A program made the translations under genes and the position numbers. A DNA stretch of 63,436 nucleotides, filler included, from Candidatus Desantisbacteria bacterium CG1_02_49_89 (GTDB lineage Bacteria; Desantisbacteria; UBA1551), in NCBI GenBank assembly GCA_001871075.1. It is 5 parts of 5 records of this genome, joined end to end, with 100 filler letters (N's around TTAATTAATTAA, not from the genome) between each part and the next. Parts side by side here need not be neighbours in the genome. Positions count along the whole stretch, not along the records: positions 56,279 to 63,436 come from MNUP01000076.1; 4 more parts are not named here. One strand, given 5' to 3'. The notes under the pieces are model-generated. The model worked only from the letters and a program-made list of their open reading frames with translations. It did no database searches and was not told the DNA's origin. Positions 59,252 to 63,436 of the stretch are shown one piece after another; position 1 is the stretch's first letter; each line of letters begins with the position of its first letter.

Positions 59252-60016
59252 TTATTTTTTGTTTCCGACAACCGCAAATCCGATGTATGGATCAAAATCA
59301 AACCTTTCTATTTTTAACTTATTTATGCCGATAGTTTTTAGGAGCGCCATGGTCTCGCCCGGCCATATGGGATTATCCAGCTCGTCAAAAGCAATTATGG
59401 AACCTTCAGGCATCCTCGGGTAAAAATATCTTATCGCGGTTTTTGTAGGTTCAAAAAGATCGAAATCAAGGAACAGGAGGCTCACAACAAGGTGACTGTT
59501 GTCTGCGATGAACCTGGGTATCGTCTTAGACGCATCACCCTTTATCAACTGCACCTTACCTATGTGGCCCAGGAACCTGCCCGCGTCATACGTTTGTATA
59601 AGCTCGTTCAGCTCCTCAAATGAAGATGAGGAAAGCCCGCCCTTCTTTACGCCTGCGTACCTGTTCTTATCCTCGGCTTTTACCGCGGAAAAACCTTTGA
59701 ACGTGTCAAATCCGTATATTCTCCTGGTAAGGTTTACAGGCTCAAGGATCGCGCTCATCTGCGCCCATGACATCAACCCGAATCCCCGGTAAACCCCGCA
59801 TTCAACAATAGAACCCTTGACCGGAATTATCTTCTTGAATAATTCATAGAGGGCAAGCAGTCTTGTCAACTTGGGGCGTTTTACGTATTTGGTAAAATTT
59901 TCAAGCTTCACTTCGGAACCTTCGGGATTTGCGTCGAATATCCCTGCCATTTTTCGGCCCGCTTCTTTTTCTGCCTGAGATCTAAACCCGCCCTCCAAAG
60001 CAGTTTTCGACTTCAT
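59252..60016 (-). CDS. TylF/MycF-type O-methyltransferase family protein
   Basis: GSIVECGV.RG, GFDTF.GF, LDFDLFEPT, FDE, WPGET; GGAGG SD before ATG 60016. Confidence 0.85.
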   Translation of the reverse strand: MKSKTALEGGFRSQAEKEAGRKMAGIFDANPEGSEVKLENFTKYVKRPKLTRLLALYELFKKIIPVKGSIVECGVYRGFGLMSWAQMSAILEPVNLTRRIYGFDTFKGFSAVKAEDKNRYAGVKKGGLSSSSFEELNELIQTYDAGRFLGHIGKVQLIKGDASKTIPRFIADNSHLVVSLLFLDFDLFEPTKTAIRYFYPRMPEGSIIAFDELDNPIWPGETMALLKTIGINKLKIERFDFDPYIGFAVVGNKK

Positions 60017-60031
60017 GTGTGCCTCCAAAAA

Positions 60032-60132
60032 ACGTGTCAACGTATCAGCGTATCAACGTGTCAAAGTTTAAAACAGTGTTCCCGCCAAAGTAATTGGCGG
60101 GTCCGCCAATCAGTGTGGCGGAAACCTGTGGT
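60032..60132. repeat. 8-mer array plus a CCGCCA..TGGCGG double hairpin (60081-60122) in a 9-mer site
   Basis: CAGTGTT[insert]AACCTGTGGTT. Confidence 0.75.
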
Positions 60133-60139
60133 TCCAGAC

Positions 60140-61063
60140 TTATTTCTTTTTCAGCTCTTTTGTAATGCGGTTTGCTATGGCCTGAGGCGTCAGGCCGTAT
60201 TTTTTTCGCAGGTATCCGGAGCTCCCCATATATTTTGAATAGGCATCCGGAAGCGCTATCCTTCTGAAGATGACTTTTTCACCGGATTCCGCGATGATCT
60301 CGGCTACGGCTGAACCCAGGCCTCCGATCAAGCTGTGCTCTTCAACGGTAAAAACAGCTTTTGTCCTGCGCGCGCATTCGATCACAAGTTTTTTGTCAAT
60401 AGGTTTAATTGTATGCATGCTGACAAGCGTAATACTTAATCCGTTTTCTTCCAGCGCTTCTACCGCAGCTTTAGCGGCAGGAAGCACGTTTCCCGCCGCA
60501 AATAAAACAGCTTTCTTTCCCCTTTTCAGCACTATCCCCCTGCCGATCTTAAAATCAGGGGCAGTTTCGTGGACAACCGGGTCCCTGTCCTTCCCCAGTC
60601 TTATGTAAAGAGGCCCTTTGTATCTTACGGACTCTTCGATAAGGCATTCAACCTCTGCGGGGTCTCCCGGCGCGGTAACCGTCATGTTCGGAAGCGACCT
60701 CATGATCGATATGTCCTCGATCGCCTGGTGCGTCATCCCCTCAAGCCCGTATACAAGACCGCCGCCAACGCCGACAAGCTTGACGCCCAGATTATGGTAG
60801 CACAGGTCCACCCTTATCTGTTCAAATGTCCGCATTGTCAGGAAAGGGACCATGGAATAGCAGTATACGTTCTTCCCCGATAAAGCAAGCCCTGCCGCAA
60901 CGCCTATCATATTGGATTCTGCCACGCCGACGTTCACGAACCTATCCGGATAATTGTCCCTGAAGTTGTCAAACAGCTTGTAACCAAGGTCTGCGGTAAG
61001 CAGGAAAATATTTTTATCGGCCTTAGCCATTTTTTCAAGGGTTCTTATAAAAGTGCCTCTCAT
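60140..61063 (-). CDS. Transketolase-like C-terminal subunit
   Basis: NVGVAESNM, FEQIR, TH...ED, VEEH..GGLG; ATGA overlap with the upstream gene. Confidence 0.93.
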   Translation of the reverse strand: MRGTFIRTLEKMAKADKNIFLLTADLGYKLFDNFRDNYPDRFVNVGVAESNMIGVAAGLALSGKNVYCYSMVPFLTMRTFEQIRVDLCYHNLGVKLVGVGGGLVYGLEGMTHQAIEDISIMRSLPNMTVTAPGDPAEVECLIEESVRYKGPLYIRLGKDRDPVVHETAPDFKIGRGIVLKRGKKAVLFAAGNVLPAAKAAVEALEENGLSITLVSMHTIKPIDKKLVIECARRTKAVFTVEEHSLIGGLGSAVAEIIAESGEKVIFRRIALPDAYSKYMGSSGYLRKKYGLTPQAIANRITKELKKK

Positions 61064-61866
61064 CCAAGGATCTCCCGCGAAGCCCTTTCGCATTCCGTCT
61101 TGTCAGGGCATCTGTAATGCCATAACACCTGATCCTCCATGAAAGACACGCCCCTGCCCTTTGAAGTCCGTGCCACTATCATACTCGGTTTTTTAGCCCT
61201 GAAAGGAACTTTGTTGAAAGCGTTCACCAGCTGACCCAGGTTGTGGCCGTTGACCTCGCGTGTAGACCATCCGAAAGAACGCCATTTCGCCGCGAACGGC
61301 TCAAGGTTAAGTATATCGCGCGTTTTTCCCAAAGCCTGCAGGCTGTTGCAGTCCACTATCGCGACAAGATTATCAAGTTTGTGGTGGGATGAGAAGAGCG
61401 CGGTTTCCCACACAGAGCCTTCATCCGTCTCGCCGTCGCTTAAAAGGACAAATATCCTGTGTTTCATCCTGTCGCGTTTCGCCGCAAGCGCCATTCCCGC
61501 GCCTATTGACAGCCCGTGCCCCAGGGAACCGGTGGACGCTTCAATGCCCCTGCCGAGATCGCGCGTGGGATGATGCTCGAGGGTCCCGCCGTCTGCCGAA
61601 AAACCCCGCAGGACCTGTCGGCTGATAAATCCCTTCCTGGCAAGCACAGCATACAGCGCAGCGCAGCTGTGCCCCTTGCTTAATATGAACCTGTCCCTTT
61701 CCCTGTTCCTGCTCTTCCCGGGCGAAATATTAAGGCACTTAAAATACAGGGCAACAAGGATCTCTACAATGGAAAATGAAGGCCCGATATGGGGGGCCTT
61801 GCCCCTGACTATCAAGTCAAGTGTATCCTTCCTTATGTTCCTTGCTATTGCTTCAAGGCGGGTCAT
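61060..61866 (-). CDS. Transketolase-like N-terminal (TPP-binding) subunit
   Basis: LSKGH, TGSLGHG, SDGE..EG..WE, KG.G..FME. Confidence 0.93.
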   Translation of the reverse strand: MTRLEAIARNIRKDTLDLIVRGKAPHIGPSFSIVEILVALYFKCLNISPGKSRNRERDRFILSKGHSCAALYAVLARKGFISRQVLRGFSADGGTLEHHPTRDLGRGIEASTGSLGHGLSIGAGMALAAKRDRMKHRIFVLLSDGETDEGSVWETALFSSHHKLDNLVAIVDCNSLQALGKTRDILNLEPFAAKWRSFGWSTREVNGHNLGQLVNAFNKVPFRAKKPSMIVARTSKGRGVSFMEDQVLWHYRCPDKTECERASREILG

Positions 61867-61871
61867 ACGAA

Positions 61872-62465
61872 TTACCTCCGCAAAACCTTTCCAAGGGTCC
61901 TGACTATTATTAAAATATCACCGGCAAAAGAATTGTTGTTCGCGTATTCCAGCCCGAGCTTGATCTTCTCAGGCGCGATCTTTTCCATATAGTCTTTGTC
62001 AGGATCAGTGCTTCCGCGCAGTATTTCATCTTCATTGCTGAACTTCAAAGAAGCATGATCCGTTATTCCGGGTTTTACATCAAGGAGCTTTCTTTCATTT
62101 TCTTTGTAAAGCCTGACCGCCCATTCCACCTGAGGCCTGGGTCCCACAAAGCTCATATCGCCCTCAAGCACGTTAAGAAGCTGGGGCAGTTCGTCCAGCT
62201 TGAATTTCCTCAGAAACCTGCCCACCCTAGTAATCCTGCAATCATCCTCTGGTGTTGATGAACTACCTATTCTATCCGCGCCCGTAACCATGGTCCTGAA
62301 CTTATAAATTCTGAAGATTTTCCCGAACCTTCCGACTCTGGCACCGCGGTAGAAAACAGGTCCTTTTGAATCCAGTTTTATTAGTAAGCTGATCAGCGCT
62401 AAAAATGGAGATATAGCCAAAAACCCTAAAAAAGAAACGCCCGCATCAAATAATCTTTTTAGCAT
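61872..62465 (-). CDS. Bacterial sugar transferase (priming phosphoglycosyl transferase)
   Basis: KRLFD, KFRTM, LDELPQL.NV..GDMS.VGPRP, KPGIT. Confidence 0.96.
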   Translation of the reverse strand: MLKRLFDAGVSFLGFLAISPFLALISLLIKLDSKGPVFYRGARVGRFGKIFRIYKFRTMVTGADRIGSSSTPEDDCRITRVGRFLRKFKLDELPQLLNVLEGDMSFVGPRPQVEWAVRLYKENERKLLDVKPGITDHASLKFSNEDEILRGSTDPDKDYMEKIAPEKIKLGLEYANNNSFAGDILIIVRTLGKVLRR

Positions 62466-63436
62466 TAAGCGGCCTTTCTGGCATAAGAAGTTTCGCCAAC
62501 CCCCAGATTGAACCTAATCCATAGACAAAATGTAAAGAAAAAAATATGGCAGGCATAACGAACAAGTATTTAAGATCTGCGTCTTTTTTCGCTGCCTTTG
62601 CGGAAAAATAAACGCTTGCGGCTATATAAAGACCTACCATGCAGATCAGCAGATGAAAAAAAATCACAGAAAAGAACGAGAGCATTGACAGGGCTATTAA
62701 GGCAGTAACAAACACGAAGGGCACTAAATGTCTTGGGGAAACGGGCATTAATTTGGAAAACTTTATCGGGTAGATAGCCCAAATCCCGTTCCTGAAATTA
62801 TGCCTGCAGAAATCCCTGAAATCCGATCTTGCATAATAATAACTCACTATGTCTGGATGGTAAAGGATCTTACCGCCCGCTCTCTTCAACCTAAGATTAA
62901 ATTCCATATCCTGGCTGAAAATGAGTTTTTCATTAAAAAAACCTGTCTTTTCAAAAATTTCTCTCCTGTAACATCCCCCGAATACCGTGTCAACCCACCT
63001 GGGTTCTTTTGAACCTGTCCTGAATATGGAGTTACCGACTCCGAATGTACTGGATAATACTTTGGTTATAGCCTTTCCCACAAAACTATCATCAGCAGGT
63101 ATGGCTACAAGCATCCCACCAATATTATCCGTTTTGTATTCTTTAAGATATTTAACGCATTTTTCAATATAATCTTCTTTGCAGATTGAATGCGCGCCTA
63201 TTATGATTACAATTTCACCTCTTGATTTCTTAATGCCCTGATTAAATGCAGAGGGGGTAATTCTCATGATATTGTCTACAAGTCTTATATAAGGATGCTG
63301 CTTTATATACCTGCTAACAATGTCCCTGGTCCCGTCTTCGCTCATGCCATCAACAACAAGAACTTCAATTTTATCCTTAGGATAATCCTGATTAACAATA
63401 GACTCAAGACACTTTGCTATGAATTCTTTTTCATTC
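62446..63436 (-). CDS. GT2 glycosyltransferase (ExoA-like), 5' partial
   Basis: Frame open to the window end (NEKEFIAKCLES..VVDGMSEDGT); QDMEFN.R; C-terminal TMs. Confidence 0.92.
   Translation of the reverse strand, partial: NEKEFIAKCLESIVNQDYPKDKIEVLVVDGMSEDGTRDIVSRYIKQHPYIRLVDNIMRITPSAFNQGIKKSRGEIVIIIGAHSICKEDYIEKCVKYLKEYKTDNIGGMLVAIPADDSFVGKAITKVLSSTFGVGNSIFRTGSKEPRWVDTVFGGCYRREIFEKTGFFNEKLIFSQDMEFNLRLKRAGGKILYHPDIVSYYYARSDFRDFCRHNFRNGIWAIYPIKFSKLMPVSPRHLVPFVFVTALIALSMLSFFSVIFFHLLICMVGLYIAASVYFSAKAAKKDADLKYLFVMPAIFFSLHFVYGLGSIWGLAKLLMPERPLNAKKII

Noticed and set aside
1-63436. Taxonomic assignment
   Set aside because: No rRNA or marker gene that can be placed by eye.

Overview
Bacterial, MAG-like sequence made of five contigs joined by artificial 100-nt N-linkers containing TTAATTAATTAA (7703-7802, 18831-18930, 48858-48957, 56179-56278), plus a 6-N gap at 15893-15898. 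Gene order across linkers has no biological meaning. Coding content is dominated by carbohydrate catabolism: large secreted multidomain CAZymes (GH42-like, GH39-like, GH116, GH99-like, DUF6067) and cytoplasmic GH4, GH29, GH127, GH32, Gfo/Idh/MocA and URO-D-family proteins. There is also a minor type IV pilin triplet, a perfect parS, a MazEF-type TA pair, lepB, an ECF sigma/anti-sigma pair, a cstA-small protein-2xArsA/Get3 operon, and the end of a surface-polysaccharide locus. No rRNA, tRNA or CRISPR array was seen. The most unusual signal is non-coding. Most intergenic spaces hold short 7/8/9-mer tandem arrays and GTAG/GTAA REP-like hairpins, and tiny 22-73-nt hairpin modules sit inserted in them at reproducible positions. 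Filled and empty alleles of the same sites are both present in this window, and two repeat-derived segments lie in frame inside genes. Secondary highlights: an ArsA/Get3 pair with complementary degenerate catalytic motifs, and a uORF/terminator/ATT-start leader before a giant CAZyme. All family calls are by motif recognition by eye; no searches were run.
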